DNA of 64,000 nt, from assembly GCA_034520965.1 (NCBI GenBank), contig JAXHMY010000002.1:448001-512000 (forward strand), written 5' to 3'. A program made the position numbers and the translations under genes. Each line of letters opens with the position of its first letter. Positions within the stretch are counted from its first letter, which is position 1. The notes beneath the pieces are model-generated. The model searched no databases, was not told where the DNA came from, and saw only the letters and a list, made by a program, of their open reading frames with translations. The DNA is from Spirochaetia bacterium. Its GTDB lineage: Bacteria; Spirochaetota; Spirochaetia; DSM-16054; Sediminispirochaetaceae. Below are positions 35,391 to 46,587 of the stretch, piece after piece.

Positions 35391-36205
35391 CTATTTTTGG
35401 AAATACCGGTCTTCTGCGACAACAAGTTTTGACATAGCGCCTTCTCCGGTACAATGGGAGACTCCAATAATACCCATATCTTCGTTTGTCAGGTACTCAA
35501 CCGCCTTATCCATACTCACACTGCTCGCTTCTTCTCGATGAGTGCCGCCAACAACGGCGTACACTGGTTTTCTAAGCAACTTTCTTACATGATCAAGCAT
35601 ATTCCTCACCCCCGGATGGGAACATCCAAGCAACACTACTATTCCTTTAGGGGTATCAAGTGCAATCAAAACTTCGTCATTAAACAGATCCTGATGAAAC
35701 TCTCCGTTCTGCAGTATTTGAATCCACAGCCGCGGGCTAAGTACCTCATCCTGATTTATTCTTGGAAAATTAGTGATTACATATACTCCCGGCAGAATCT
35801 CACTCATATCTTTACTTACAAATTGATAGGAGAGCCCCTTTTCCTTGAGAAAGGGTTCATCAAACCTATTACCCAGATACTCATATGAGTTTCCGCTAAC
35901 CCCGTATTTCTCAGCTGAAGAGAAACCGCTTCCGGGATATCAACTCGAAAACCCCTTGTCACTTCGCAGAGGGGCACTAAGCCTCCCGAATGATCGTAAT
36001 GTCCGTGGCTTAACACCACATAGTCTAGATTGGAAAGGTCAATTTTTAGCTGCTCGGCATTGTACATAAATGAGTCACTCTGACCTGTATCAAATAAGAT
36101 TTTGTGTGACCCTGCCTCTATGTAAAAAGAAAGGCCATGTTCATTCTTCAGGGCAAGATGTTCGCCTAAAGAATTCTCAACCAGTGTAGTTATACGTATT
36201 TTCAT
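35391..36205 (-). CDS. MBL-fold metallo-hydrolase, COG1237-like, second paralog (frameshifted)
   Basis: EHGLSFYIE, LSHGHYDH, GCSHPG, GGTH, SHCTG. Confidence 0.88.
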
Positions 36206-36931
36206 TCTTCTTCCCTTTTCATTGAAGCTCGAATATCAGCTACCGCATTGTTCAAGTGTGCGATCATGCTCGCCTCGGCCTTTTCCGGGTTTCGATTTTT
36301 AATTGCCTCTAAAATCAGCTTATGCTCTTCAACGGTCTTCTCTACTCGGCCGGGCACATGTAGACTGGAAATCCACACCTCCCGAGAGAATTGGTCATGG
36401 TCTTCATCACAAAACACAGGGTTTTGTTTTGGTGAGCTGGTGCCCAATAAGACGATGAAACTCTTCATCACATTTGATTAATGCAGCGGTATTCTTCTCT
36501 TTTGTCTCATCGTTAGAAATCTTTACACACCTCTTCCATTTTTTTGATATCCGAGTTGGTATCAGCGTTTGTTGCAGGATGCTGCGGCCGCTTCAGGTAA
36601 AATGATTCCGGCACCTCAAAATGTTCGATTGTGAAACCAGTTTCGTTATCTTTAAGCCAGACTGGAAAAAGCTTTTCCATTTTCCTGCTCTCATGGAGTC
36701 AGGAAATAAAAATACCCCTTCCATGCTGAACAGTCACTAAACCGGTAGCTTCCAGATATTCGAACAGCCTCTCGGATGGAGGAGCGACTAACCCCTAACT
36801 TTTTGGTAAGCTCATTTTACTCAGATAAAATTTACTGGCACCCCGAATTCAAAATTCTCTTCGACAATCACTTTCTGATCGCCTCGATGGTTCTCTTCCG
36901 ACAGCCTGGCCTTCTCTTTATTGGCTACCAT
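36202..36931 (-). CDS. GntR/FadR-family regulator with FCD domain (frameshifted)
   Basis: ENELTKKLGVSRSSIREAV; EEHKLILEAIKNRNPEKAEASMIAHL. Confidence 0.85.
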
Positions 36932-37134
36932 TGTTTATCCCTTAGACTCAATTACTAAAAAACTCACCTGATGTCTACTTATCAGACAAGCTTCGATTTT
37001 ATACGTAAATCGCTTTTTTTGATAATCCGCTCAATGCAAAAACGAATCGTTTTTTGGGGTTTTTTGGGGTGACCGGACAATTGCCGCTTTCAACTTGACA
37101 GCTCCCCTCGGAACGCCTATCTGGGGGAGCCGGT

Positions 37135-38152
37135 ATGAAAGCTGAAATAGATAATACTGCACTCCCCCTTTTGCTTCCCCGAGCTACTTCGGGGGGCATT
37201 CTTATGGGACTGGCCAACCTGGTTTCCGGGAGTTAGCGGGCGGGACTATGCTTGCTGGCCGCCAGGTCCTGCTCGCGGATCTTATCGGCGCGGTGGCGGA
37301 CCTTACCGCGCTGCGCTGTCGCTCCCGCTCGGTGCTGGTGGTAGGAACGGTGGCAGGCTCACGGCGGCCCTCGGTATTCTGCTTAGCGGCCCGGGTTGAA
37401 GAGCTTGTGGTGGGCTACCCGCTGGATTGCCCCTACAGCTTGTTTATCGGCCTTACCCTGCGGGCGGTGTGCCGGTACTAAAAAGGATCATCGGACCTGT
37501 TAGCCGCAGCGTGCTGTGGGGCGCTCTGGCCGGTTTTGCCGGCATGGCCGCACTGGCCTGGCTGCCCGCAATACGGTTCGGCCGGCGCGGGCGCCTCCGG
37601 CAGCAACTGGATAATGATGCTCTTGGCGGGCTTGGCCGGTGCAAGTGCAATGATTCTTCCCGGCATCAGCGGCGGATACCTGCTGCTGATACTCGGCCAG
37701 TATATCCCCATTCTCTCTGCGCTCGACCAGTTTACCCGTGCTCTAGGGGCCGGTGACCTGAGCACTCTGGGAGAAATCGGCTTTGCAGTTATCGCTTCCG
37801 GTCGGGCTTGGTCTGGTGATTGGGATCACGCGGAGTTGAGCAACCTGCTTGCTGCTGCTGACCCGCTACCGACAGGCGACCCTCGGGGTACTGGTAGGCT
37901 TGCTGCTGGGAGCAGTGGTTGGCCTGTGGCCCTTTCAGGAGACGGTAAAACCGCAACCCGGTTATGTGTATCAGGGGCAGGAGCTAAACAGTGCCCAGAT
38001 TGAGGAGCTTTCCGCCGATGAGTACCCCTACCGACTTTTCAAGCCCACCGCCGGACAGGTCGGCGCATCGCTGCTGCTGATCGGGGCGGGAATTGCAGCA
38101 ACCTCTGCGATTTCTTTAATTGAAAAACGAAGCGGGGAAAAAAAGCGGATAA
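37135..38152 (+). CDS. DUF368-family membrane protein (frameshifted)
   Basis: MGLANLV.GVSGGT and AMILPGISGGYLLLILGQY motifs. Confidence 0.85.
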
Positions 38153-38682
38153 AGTGGAAAAACGCCGCTCCGTCATATCTCACATGTTCCTTTAGGGTTT
38201 TGTCGGCGGAAAAGAGATTCTCCTTGTTGAAGATCAGCCCGGCCCTTTCCGGAGAACTGAGCTTTAACAATACTGCGCATTCCTGGGCTGCAGCTTGTAT
38301 CTATCCTGGTGGCTCAGCTGCAAGGGCGGCGTGGAGTTGTACAGAAAAAACCAAGCCCAATTTGTACCATCAAGTTTCCTGCTGCGCGCCTCATCTGATA
38401 GTCCCTATCGTGGTAATCCAGCAGCCCTTTTAGCCGCTGGGGAAAATCGGTAAACACTTCCGCCTCTTCGTTTAAGGTATCTGCGCTGGATACCGCATCT
38501 CTTATCAGCAATTTTGAAGGCTGCAATAGCCTTGGAGCTGGGGTTGTAGGAGTCTGCACCGAGGCTGCCAGCAAAAGCGGTTTATTGAGAAGCTGCGGGT
38601 AGTAAACCGGTATTCGGATTCTGTTTCCGGTGAAAATCCGACGTGACAGGTGCAAAATTTTCAGTATTATTTTATCGATCCC

Positions 38683-38710
38683 TTGATCCGCAACTTTTTT
38701 GGGCTATCAT
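38683..38710 (+). promoter_or_regulatory. Sigma70-like promoter of the hyd operon
   Basis: TTGATC-16 nt-TATCAT about 100 nt upstream of the first gene. Confidence 0.45.
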
Positions 38711-38810
38711 AACCGCGAATCGCGCACTGGCATCTGAGAAATTGGGAAAGTATCCGGATTTCAAGGAGCAGGCGAGACGAAAATTTTATCTTATCCAGAG
38801 GTAGGTACTG

Positions 38811-39077
38811 ATGGAGAAGAGGATTGGATCGGTCATTATATTAGTTGAAGACCGCTCTCAAATACCCGCCCTCAACACACTTTTCACCGAATACTGCGAC
38901 ATCGTTATCGGCAGGCAGGGGCTTCCGCTGCACAGACGCGGAATAAGTGTAATTTCTATTATTGTGGAAGGCAGCACCGATGAAATCGGCGCCCTTACCG
39001 GAAAGATTGGAAAAATGAAGGGACTGAAGGTAAAATCCGTGCTCACATCGTACCGTCAAAGCACGGATGAACAGTGA
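38811..39077 (+). CDS. TM1266-family iron-only hydrogenase system putative regulator (ACT-like)
   Basis: MEKRIGSVIILVE...IVIGRQGLP...ISIIVEGSTDEIGALTGKIG. Confidence 0.9.
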   Translation: MEKRIGSVIILVEDRSQIPALNTLFTEYCDIVIGRQGLPLHRRGISVISIIVEGSTDEIGALTGKIGKMKGLKVKSVLTSYRQSTDEQ

Positions 39078-40060
39078 TACTATAAGGCACCTACTTACAT
39101 CACAAAAACCACGCGAGACAGCTGAACTGTACCAGCGAGCTCAAGGTGATCTGTACCGAACACTGCGGTACCGGTGTCATCCTGCGGGGCATCGTCGAGT
39201 TCTCAAACTACTGCCGCAATAGCTGCAAGTACTGTGGCCTTCGGCGGCAGAACCGCCGTCTGCGACGCTACCGTCTGAGTAACGATGAAATATTGAAAGC
39301 AGTGGAGAATACTGTACCGGCAAGGTATCGGTCACGGTGGTGCTCCAATCCGGTGAAGACCCCTCTCTCTCTTCGGACCGTTTAGCCAGGCTCATAGAAC
39401 GGATAAAGCGGAATTACAGTTTGGCGGTGACCCTGTCCGTCGGGGAGTGGTCCTTTTCGCACTACAAAAAATGGCGCTCCGCCGGTGCCGACCGCTATTT
39501 GCTAAAGATAGAGACCACCGATAGCGGGCTCTACCGGGCCCTGCACCCCGGCATGGACTATTTCGAACGCCTGCGCTGTCTCGATGCCCTGGATGAGCTG
39601 GGCTACCAGAGCGGTTCGGGAATCATCATCGGCCTTCCCGGCCAGACGATCGAATCAATCGCCGAAGATTTGAACTTTCTTATGCCCGCGACTTTGACAT
39701 GATCAGTATCGGCCCCTTTATTCCCCATCCGCAAACCCCGCTGGCCCCGCAGCCGCCGGGCTCGATCGACACCACCTGCACGGCAATCGCCGTTACCAGA
39801 TGCTTGACGAAGAACGCCCACATTCCGGCCACCTCTGCCCTGGCAGCCTCGTCGACGGATTATCGCTACCGGGCCTTGTTGCGCCGGGCCAATGTCATCA
39901 TGCCCAATTTCACTCCCCCCGCCTCCGCGCGTTATTACGATATTTACCCCATAGTGGAAGAGAAAAACCGAATCAGAGCGGAGCCTGGCCACGGCTGTTC
40001 AGCAGATACTCAAAGCCGATAAAGAGGTTGCGTGGATTACCCGGGGGGACTCATTAAAAC
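39067..40060 (+). CDS. hydE: [FeFe]-hydrogenase H-cluster radical SAM maturase HydE (frameshifted)
   Basis: LRGIVEFSNYCRNSCKYCGLR, VLQSGED, GADRYLLKIET, IGPFIPHPQTP, ANVIMPNFTP...YDIYP. Confidence 0.9.
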
Positions 40061-40078
40061 AGAAAAGGACAACCAGTC

Positions 40079-41318
40079 ATGTTGAAAACACCTAAGTCAC
40101 TCCGGCTGCACATCGGGATATTCGGGAGAACTAACACCGGCAAATCCAGTTTTGTGAATTATGTAAGTGGTCAGGATGTAGCTATTACCTCGGACGTACC
40201 CGGAACTACGACCGATGTAGTGGAAAAAGCGCTGGAGCTGCAGCCGCTGGGCCCGGTAGTGCTGCTGGATACCGCCGGGTCCAGACGACCACTCGGAACT
40301 CGGTAAGCAGCGGATTGAAAAGTCAGCCCGGGTATTGGATCGCTGCGATATCGTGTGTATGGTTCTCGAAGCAGGAGTGTGGACCGAATACGAGGATCGG
40401 CTGGTAGAGCTGCTCAAAACCCGGAAGACTCCGCTCATTTTGATAGTCAACCAAAAGCGACCTCCACTCTTCGAAGGGCCGCTTTTTGCATTTTTTGAAT
40501 AAGTACAGCCCCTATATCCTCTCCTGCTCCAGCCGCGACTCGGCGATGCGGGAGAGCTTCCTGGCGGCCTTCAAAGAGATTCTCATCGAACTGGCCCCCG
40601 CCGACTATCTGCAACCTCCCCGCTGGCCGAGGTACTTTCCCCCGGCGGGCATGCCGTGCTGATAGTTCCAATCGATTTAGAAGCGCCGAAGGGTCGTTTG
40701 ATCCTTCCGCAGGTGCAGAGTATACGGGCGCTTTTAGATGCCAGGGCAGCGGCCAGCGTGGTCAAAGAGACGGATACGCCGCTTTTACTACGACAGCAAG
40801 CCGCCACACCCGACCTGGTCATCTGCAACTCCCAGGTAGTCGACCTCATGGTCCGTGAGACTCCCCAAAGCGTACGGGTGACCACCTTTTCTATTCTCTT
40901 TGCCCGTTATAAGGGCGACCTCATCCGTGCAGCGCAAGGGGCGGGCATTATTAATGAAACTCAAAGATGGCGATAAAGTGCTAATTGCCGAAGCCTGCAG
41001 CCATCATCCGATGGAAGACGACATTGGGCGAGAAAAGATTCCCGCATGGATCGAGGGGTATACAGGCTGTTCCTTAGAGTGGACAGTCGCCGCCGGGAAA
41101 GACTACCGGAAGACCTCGGAGAGTATCGCCTCATAATCCACTGCGGCGGCTGTATGCTCAACCGACGAGCAATGCTGAATCGGATCCAGCACGCAGAGAA
41201 AGCCGCTGTTCCCCTAACAAACTACGGACTGGCCATTGCAACGGCTCATGGTGTCGGAGCGAGGGTGCTGGAAGCCTTCCCCGCCGCACGAGCGGCGTAT
41301 TTGGAGAGTATGCAGTAA
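40079..41318 (+). CDS. hydF: [FeFe]-hydrogenase maturation GTPase HydF (frameshifted)
   Basis: GRTNTGKSS, PGTTTD, DTAG, APKGRLILPQVQ, EACSHH and HCGGCMLN. Confidence 0.93.
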
Positions 41319-41319
41319 G

Positions 41320-42080
41320 ATGATGAACACCATTCTTCGACAGACAGCATTTCCCCTGGCACTAGTAAGCGTCTATCTGCTTGTCTGCACCTTAGACCTG
41401 GTGAATCCCTCTCTGATTCCCGTCCAAGCCAAATAGCAGGAAGTTTTGTAGGCTTAATTGAACAGGGACTCCTGCAACACCACATTGCAATGTCGCTGAA
41501 ACGGGTATTCTGCCGGCTTTCTCATCACCCTGATTATCGCAGTACCACTGGCTATGCTGTTCTATTTTTCGTCAGAGATTTCGCAGTTTTTTATGGGGAC
41601 ACTCCATTTTATTCGCTGCACTCCGCCCCTTGCATTGGTACCCTTGCTAATACTCTGGTTCGGAATAGGAGAAGCGTCAAAACTCGCCTTGATCATCCTG
41701 GCCAGTTTTTTCCCCATCTTTCTCAACACCCTCAGCGGCCTGCAGCAGGTAGACTCGGAGCTCCTGAAAATGGGGGACACACTTGAGTTGAGCAGCTGGG
41801 AGAAGACCGTACACATCCTCATACCCGAGGCACTGCCGACAATCCTCACGGGCATGCGGCTGGCCTTCGGATACAGCTGGCGGGCTTTGATCAGCGCGAG
41901 ATGATTGCGGCGGCCAGCGGTCTGGGGTATATGATTCTGGACTCTCAAGAGCTGGCCCGGAGCGACAGGGTCTTCATTGGAATTCTGACTATCGGACTGC
42001 TCGGGTTGATTATCGACACGCGCTACGCGATGCGGATTATTCACCACCATTTTCCCTGGATAGGAAAGGAGCAGACTGTG
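41320..42080 (+). CDS. ABC transporter permease, SsuC/TauC/NitT family (frameshifted)
   Basis: PPLALVPLLILWFGIGE; LIPEALPTILTGMRLA; EMIAAASGLGYMI. Confidence 0.88.
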
Positions 42081-42822
42081 AAACGGCTGCCGGCTAAAAA
42101 AGCTCAGCAAATCCTTCCGTGTTGACGGAAGGAACATCAATGCCCTGGATGAAATCGACCTCAGTATCGATAAGGGCGACTTTATCTCCATAGTCGGTTA
42201 CAGCGGCTGCGGAAAGAGTACCCTCCTCAAGACCATTATAGGACTTCTAAAACCCGACGGCGGTCATATGGAGTTCTGCGGGATGGCGGGAAGAACGAGT
42301 ATCGTCTTTCAGGAGCCCCGCTTAATCTCCTCCAAAAGTGTGGAAAAGAACCTGCTGCTGGCCTTAAAACATCAAAAGGACCCCTTTGTGAAGGAGAAGG
42401 TGCTGAACGAGGTGCTTGGGATACTCGGGCTCAGCGCCTTCCGCAAGGCCCTGCCCTGGCAGCTCTCAGGGGGCATGGCGCAAAGAGTGGCCCTGGGACG
42501 GGCACTGTGCCGTCAACCCGAGCTGCTGCTGATGGACGAACCCTTTCGGGGCGTTGGACGCCTTCAACCGCTCCAGACTGCAGCGGAGCTGATCGCAGAT
42601 CTATCAAAAGAGAAATGTCACAATTCTCTTCGTAACCCATGATATCATGAAGCGGTCCTATTGGGAAACAAAATGATCGTATATATCTGCAGGAAAAATT
42701 GTTCGTAACATTGAGGTTCCTCTTTCCCGTCCGCGCAACAAAACATCCGCTGACTTTATATCTATACAGAACGAATTACTTACGACTCTCGTCGAACAGC
42801 GGAGCCGCAATATATATCATAA
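42078..42822 (+). CDS. ABC transporter ATP-binding protein, SsuB/TauB family (frameshifted)
   Basis: GYSGCGKSTLL, LSGGMAQRVALGR, LLMDEPF, FVTHDI. Confidence 0.9.
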
Positions 42823-42832
42823 GGAGTACTAT

Positions 42833-43794
42833 ATGCGACAGCTTTTCGTCTCAACACTCTTGCTCTTATCCCTGAGCATCTCTGTTTTTGCAGGGGGAAA
42901 TCAGGAAAAGGAGCTCGAAGAAATCAATGTATCCTACGTGAAGTCCCCCTTCAACCTGCCCTCGATTGTAATGAAGGAAAGGGGAATGCTCGAAACCGCC
43001 TTCGCCGACCGGGGAATAGAGGTCCGTTACCACGAAATTACCTCCGGGGCGAAACAGGCGCAAGCCATGGCCGCGGGGTCCCTCGACATCGGAGGGGTAA
43101 TGAATACTACGTCGGTACTGCTGGCCCACAGCGCAGGAAACGATGTGCGAATAATTGCCGGATACAGCCGACCGGTCAAAATTTTTTCTATAGTGAGCGG
43201 GACCCGGGAAATTCGAAACATCGCCGATTTAAAAGGCTCCAAGATTGCCGTGTCCAGAAGGGTACGGTCCTGCACCAGCTTCTCTTAGCGGCGCTGGAGT
43301 CGGAGGGAATGCGCATTCAAAACGTCGAGTTCATCCAGATGGGCCTGCCCCAGGCCTCGACGGCTATGATCGCCGGACAAATCGATGCTGCTCTGCTGGC
43401 CGGCAGTCTGGTGATAAATGCACAAAAACAGGGCGCTCACATCGTCACCACCGCCGAAGGCTATGTCACTCCCAAACTGGTCATCGCTGCCGGGAGAGTT
43501 TCTCGAGGCCCACCCAAGGCGGTACAACTTTACCTCGACGTCCATACATCAGCAATGAACTGGGTCGAACAGAACCTCGAAGAGGCACTGCGCATCGGAG
43601 CCGAGGAACAGGGAATTTCCCTGCAGGAGGCCCGCCGCCTGTACGAGTGGACACAGTTTATAGACTCGCTTACCCCGCAGGATTTAGAGCAATGCGCGAG
43701 GACGTTCAGTTTCATGCTGGATACTGATATGATCTCAGAACAGATGCAGTCCGAAGCCTGCATCGCTGCAGGGGCAATGCCAAAAAAAGAGTAA
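42833..43794 (+). CDS. ABC substrate-binding protein, SsuA/NrtA/CpmA family (frameshifted)
   Basis: Spirochaete-type leader (FAGGNQE); YVKSPFNLP, ITSGAKQAQAMAAGSLD, IADLKGSKIAV. Confidence 0.85.
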
Positions 43795-43839
43795 TGTCAA
43801 GAGCCAAAATTCAATAGATAAATAATTGGTGGGTCTTGA

Positions 43840-44142
43840 TCAATCCGGGAGAGAATTCTTCCGCTCTTCCGGATTTTTTGCAGCCCGGTAAAAAATTCCG
43901 ACATTCCCGATAACCCTGACTAAAACCGAATCTGTGGCTTCTTCTAGACTATGGGATAGATCCTGCCTGTCATCCTTGAAATCGATAAACCTGACTTTCA
44001 CAAGCTCGTGGTCGGATAGGGCTTTATCCAGTGAGGCAATAACTCCCTCCCGGAGGCCGTTTTTTCCGATATATACCACAGGCTTAAGTTCCTGAGCCTG
44101 TTTACTCAAGTAACTCCGTTGCTGTCCCTTCAGTTTTTCCAA
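43840..44142 (-). CDS. yhbY: YhbY/CRM-domain RNA-binding protein
   Basis: LKPVVYIGKNGL...HELVKVRF...VIGNVGIFYR. Confidence 0.93.
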   Translation of the reverse strand: MEKLKGQQRSYLSKQAQELKPVVYIGKNGLREGVIASLDKALSDHELVKVRFIDFKDDRQDLSHSLEEATDSVLVRVIGNVGIFYRAAKNPEERKNSLPD

Positions 44143-44266
44143 AGTCCTACTCCCGTTTCTTCTATTATTATCCGATTATTGAATCCATTTTAAGTATAGT
44201 ATAGTGTAAAACATATCGAGGTATAAAAAAAAGCCCCAGTTTTTCTGGAGCTTAAATACTACCATA

Positions 44267-44353
44267 TGCCGGGGATGGGACTTGAACCCACACGCCAATA
44301 CTATTAGCAGGGGATTTTAAGTCCCCTGTGTCTACCAATTCCACCACCCCGGC
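44267..44353 (-). tRNA. tRNA-Leu (anticodon TAA)
   Basis: Reverse complement GCCGGGG-TGGTGGAATTGGTAGACAC-AGGGGACTTAAAATCCCCT-long variable arm-GTGGGTTCAAGTCCCAT-CCCCGGCA. Confidence 0.96.
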
Positions 44354-44450
44354 GGTTCGAGTTGTATATTACCTGTGACAAAAGCGCGCGTCAACTAGTT
44401 TAAGTTGAATCCGCATTGAATCCGCATTGAGTAAACAGAGAGGAAGCTAA

Positions 44451-45266
44451 ATGAGCAGTACCACCCATAAAACTGAGCCCCACTTTGAGCTGCTGCCGGG
44501 GATGATCGATTCCCACTTTCACAGCGCCATGATGGAAAAGAAGGGAATGGATGTCCGGCCCCTCATTTCTCAGGCCCTGCAAGCCGGCCTGGCCGGAGGA
44601 ATCGATATTGGGATAGAGGCCGGCGATACGGCTCGCCGCCAATGGATACAACAGGAGTTTCCACAGATCAAACTGGCAGCCGGCCTGTACCCTGCAGAGG
44701 CCGAACATGAGGAGATTACCGGACGGATTGCCCTGCTATGCGAGGATATAGAGCGCTTTTCCCCGGCAGCAGTGGGCGAGATGGGGGTTGACCGCTATTG
44801 GAACTATGCCACGGTAGAGCGGCAGCAGGAGCTTATGCGGCGGCAGATAGAAGTTGCCAACCGCTACCGGCTGCCGATTATCATCCACAACCGGGAGGCC
44901 GATGCGGAGGTGCTGGAGGTTCTGAAGGATACCCCTCCCCGGGCAGGCGGGGTACTGCACTGCTTCTCGTCCCATGCCGGGGCGGCCCGCAGTTTTGTGG
45001 ATGCGGGGCTGTATATCTCCTTTGCCGGCAACCTGACCTATAAAAAGAGCAGTGCCCTGCGGGAGGCGGCCGCAGCAGTTCCTCTGGACCGACTGCTGGC
45101 CGAAACCGACAGCCCCTTTCTCAGCCCCCAGAAACTGCGTGGAAAGCTGAACCACCCCGGTCAGGTGGGTTTTGTGTACCGCACCCTGGCCGAACTCCAC
45201 GGGCAGGAGCTTGAGAGGCTTATTCAGCTTATCTCCGAGAATTTCGGGCGCCTGTTCGGAGGCTGA
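44451..45266 (+). CDS. tatD: TatD-family hydrolase
   Basis: IDSHFH, AVGEMGVD, IIHNREA, GVLHCFS, LAETDSPF. Confidence 0.95.
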   Translation: MSSTTHKTEPHFELLPGMIDSHFHSAMMEKKGMDVRPLISQALQAGLAGGIDIGIEAGDTARRQWIQQEFPQIKLAAGLYPAEAEHEEITGRIALLCEDIERFSPAAVGEMGVDRYWNYATVERQQELMRRQIEVANRYRLPIIIHNREADAEVLEVLKDTPPRAGGVLHCFSSHAGAARSFVDAGLYISFAGNLTYKKSSALREAAAAVPLDRLLAETDSPFLSPQKLRGKLNHPGQVGFVYRTLAELHGQELERLIQLISENFGRLFGG

Positions 45267-45281
45267 GCCCTTAAATGCTCG

Positions 45282-46580
45282 TTATTTATTCAGGATAATT
45301 ACTTCTACCCGGCGGTTCTGTGCCCGCCCCTCTTCGGTATCGTTGGGGGCAAGCGGTTCGTCCCCGCCGATGCCCTGATACACAAAGCGCGAAGGAGCCA
45401 GCCCGCGGTCTACCATCTGGTCTATAATAGTTTGGGCCCGTTCGACCGAGAGCTTGTATTGGCTCTCTTTGCTGCCCACATCGGCGGTATGTCCCTTCAC
45501 CATAATGCTAGCCTCGGGCACCTTGTTCAGCAGGGAGGCTAATGTATCGAGGCGGTTTTTCTCTCGGGGGAGAATTTTGGCCTGGTCCGGATAAAAGTGT
45601 ATCCGCGGCAGGTTCAGGGTGATGCCTTCGGTACTGCGCTCGATTTGAATCTGCTGATCCTCTTCTTTTTTACCTTTACCAGTAACCCCTACCGGTTTTT
45701 CTTCCTCCTCCTGCAGGGCGGCGATCATAGTTCGTTCAAGCGATTCGATTTCACCAAGGGAAACACCCCGCCCCCAGGTGAGGCGGAAGCCTTCCTCGCG
45801 TTTGGCCGGCGTGCCGTATTTCAAGTAATGTCGGGTAAGCCGCTCGCTGATAAAATAGCCGCCCCCCTCGTTGTCTTCATCAATAAAGAGGGCTATTTCG
45901 CCGGTGGATAGGCCCCGGATTTCAGTTGAGTCGGTAGTATAGGGGCTGTGATCGTAGTAGGTATAGGAGAAGTCGATTACCTGAGCCGGGCGCTCCATGT
46001 ACTGCATCTCGCCCCGGTAACTGAAGCTGGAGTGGAACGGGGCTGGAATGAGAGTTCCGTCCTCCAGGTACACCGCATCGCGGCCGTCGGCTTTCCAGGT
46101 GTCGCCGGGGGCTATATCGCCTTCCGGGATTACCGGGAAACCGGTGCGTATCGGCAGTTCGGAGCCTTCGACCGGTGCAAAGCCCTTAGCGGATACGCGG
46201 CAGCTGATGGAAATTTCGCGGTCCACCGGCTGCAGGACTCGAAGGGTATCGCGGGTGAGGGTTTTGATGAGGTAGACACTGCCCCGGTAGAGTGCACCGG
46301 CTGAATCGGAGGTGCCGGAGGAAGCGGCGGCGGCGCTTCCGGCGGTACGCTGCAGATATACCCGTCGTCCACGGTACTGCAGGCCCTGATAGCTGTTTCC
46401 CTGGTAGACCCGCACGTTTTCGCGCTCGGTATGGGCGTAATGGGCTGCAGGTTGAAAGGCGTCTATATAAAGCTCCTCGGCCTGTATAAGCGGAGAGGTG
46501 CTTAATAAGAGAAACAGAGCTGTCAAGCCACAAAAAAAGGGACCCCCAAAGAGGCCCCTGATCTTGCTGAAGGTATACAC
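45282..46580 (-). CDS. OmpA-family protein
   Basis: Signal peptide; C-terminal GHTA...LSVERA...GRAQNRRVEV. Confidence 0.9.
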   Translation of the reverse strand: MYTFSKIRGLFGGPFFCGLTALFLLLSTSPLIQAEELYIDAFQPAAHYAHTERENVRVYQGNSYQGLQYRGRRVYLQRTAGSAAAASSGTSDSAGALYRGSVYLIKTLTRDTLRVLQPVDREISISCRVSAKGFAPVEGSELPIRTGFPVIPEGDIAPGDTWKADGRDAVYLEDGTLIPAPFHSSFSYRGEMQYMERPAQVIDFSYTYYDHSPYTTDSTEIRGLSTGEIALFIDEDNEGGGYFISERLTRHYLKYGTPAKREEGFRLTWGRGVSLGEIESLERTMIAALQEEEEKPVGVTGKGKKEEDQQIQIERSTEGITLNLPRIHFYPDQAKILPREKNRLDTLASLLNKVPEASIMVKGHTADVGSKESQYKLSVERAQTIIDQMVDRGLAPSRFVYQGIGGDEPLAPNDTEEGRAQNRRVEVIILNK

Positions 46581-46587
46581 CGGTAAA

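Noticed and set aside
29679..36205. Beta-lactamase resistance genes
   Set aside because: The MBL-fold proteins carry COG1237-like motifs (EHGLS, GCSHPG, SHCTG), not class B beta-lactamase features, and lack signal peptides.
38150..38655. Minus-strand ORF fragments between DUF368 and the hyd operon
   Set aside because: Possibly a degraded gene, but no family could be recognised.
38725..38780. TPP riboswitch
   Set aside because: CTGAGA is present, but the conserved downstream GAACCTGA...TAATNCCAGCG block is missing.
39067..40060. Biotin synthase BioB or PylB
   Set aside because: The motifs and the position between the TM1266 regulator and hydF fit HydE better.
3531..43794. Programmed frameshifting or mass pseudogenisation
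   Set aside because: Indels are scattered, hit all gene types and leave catalytic motifs intact; sequencing error is the simpler explanation.
44267..44300. Genomic island integrated at tRNA-Leu
   Set aside because: No duplicate of the tRNA 3' end and no integrase were found in the window by eye.
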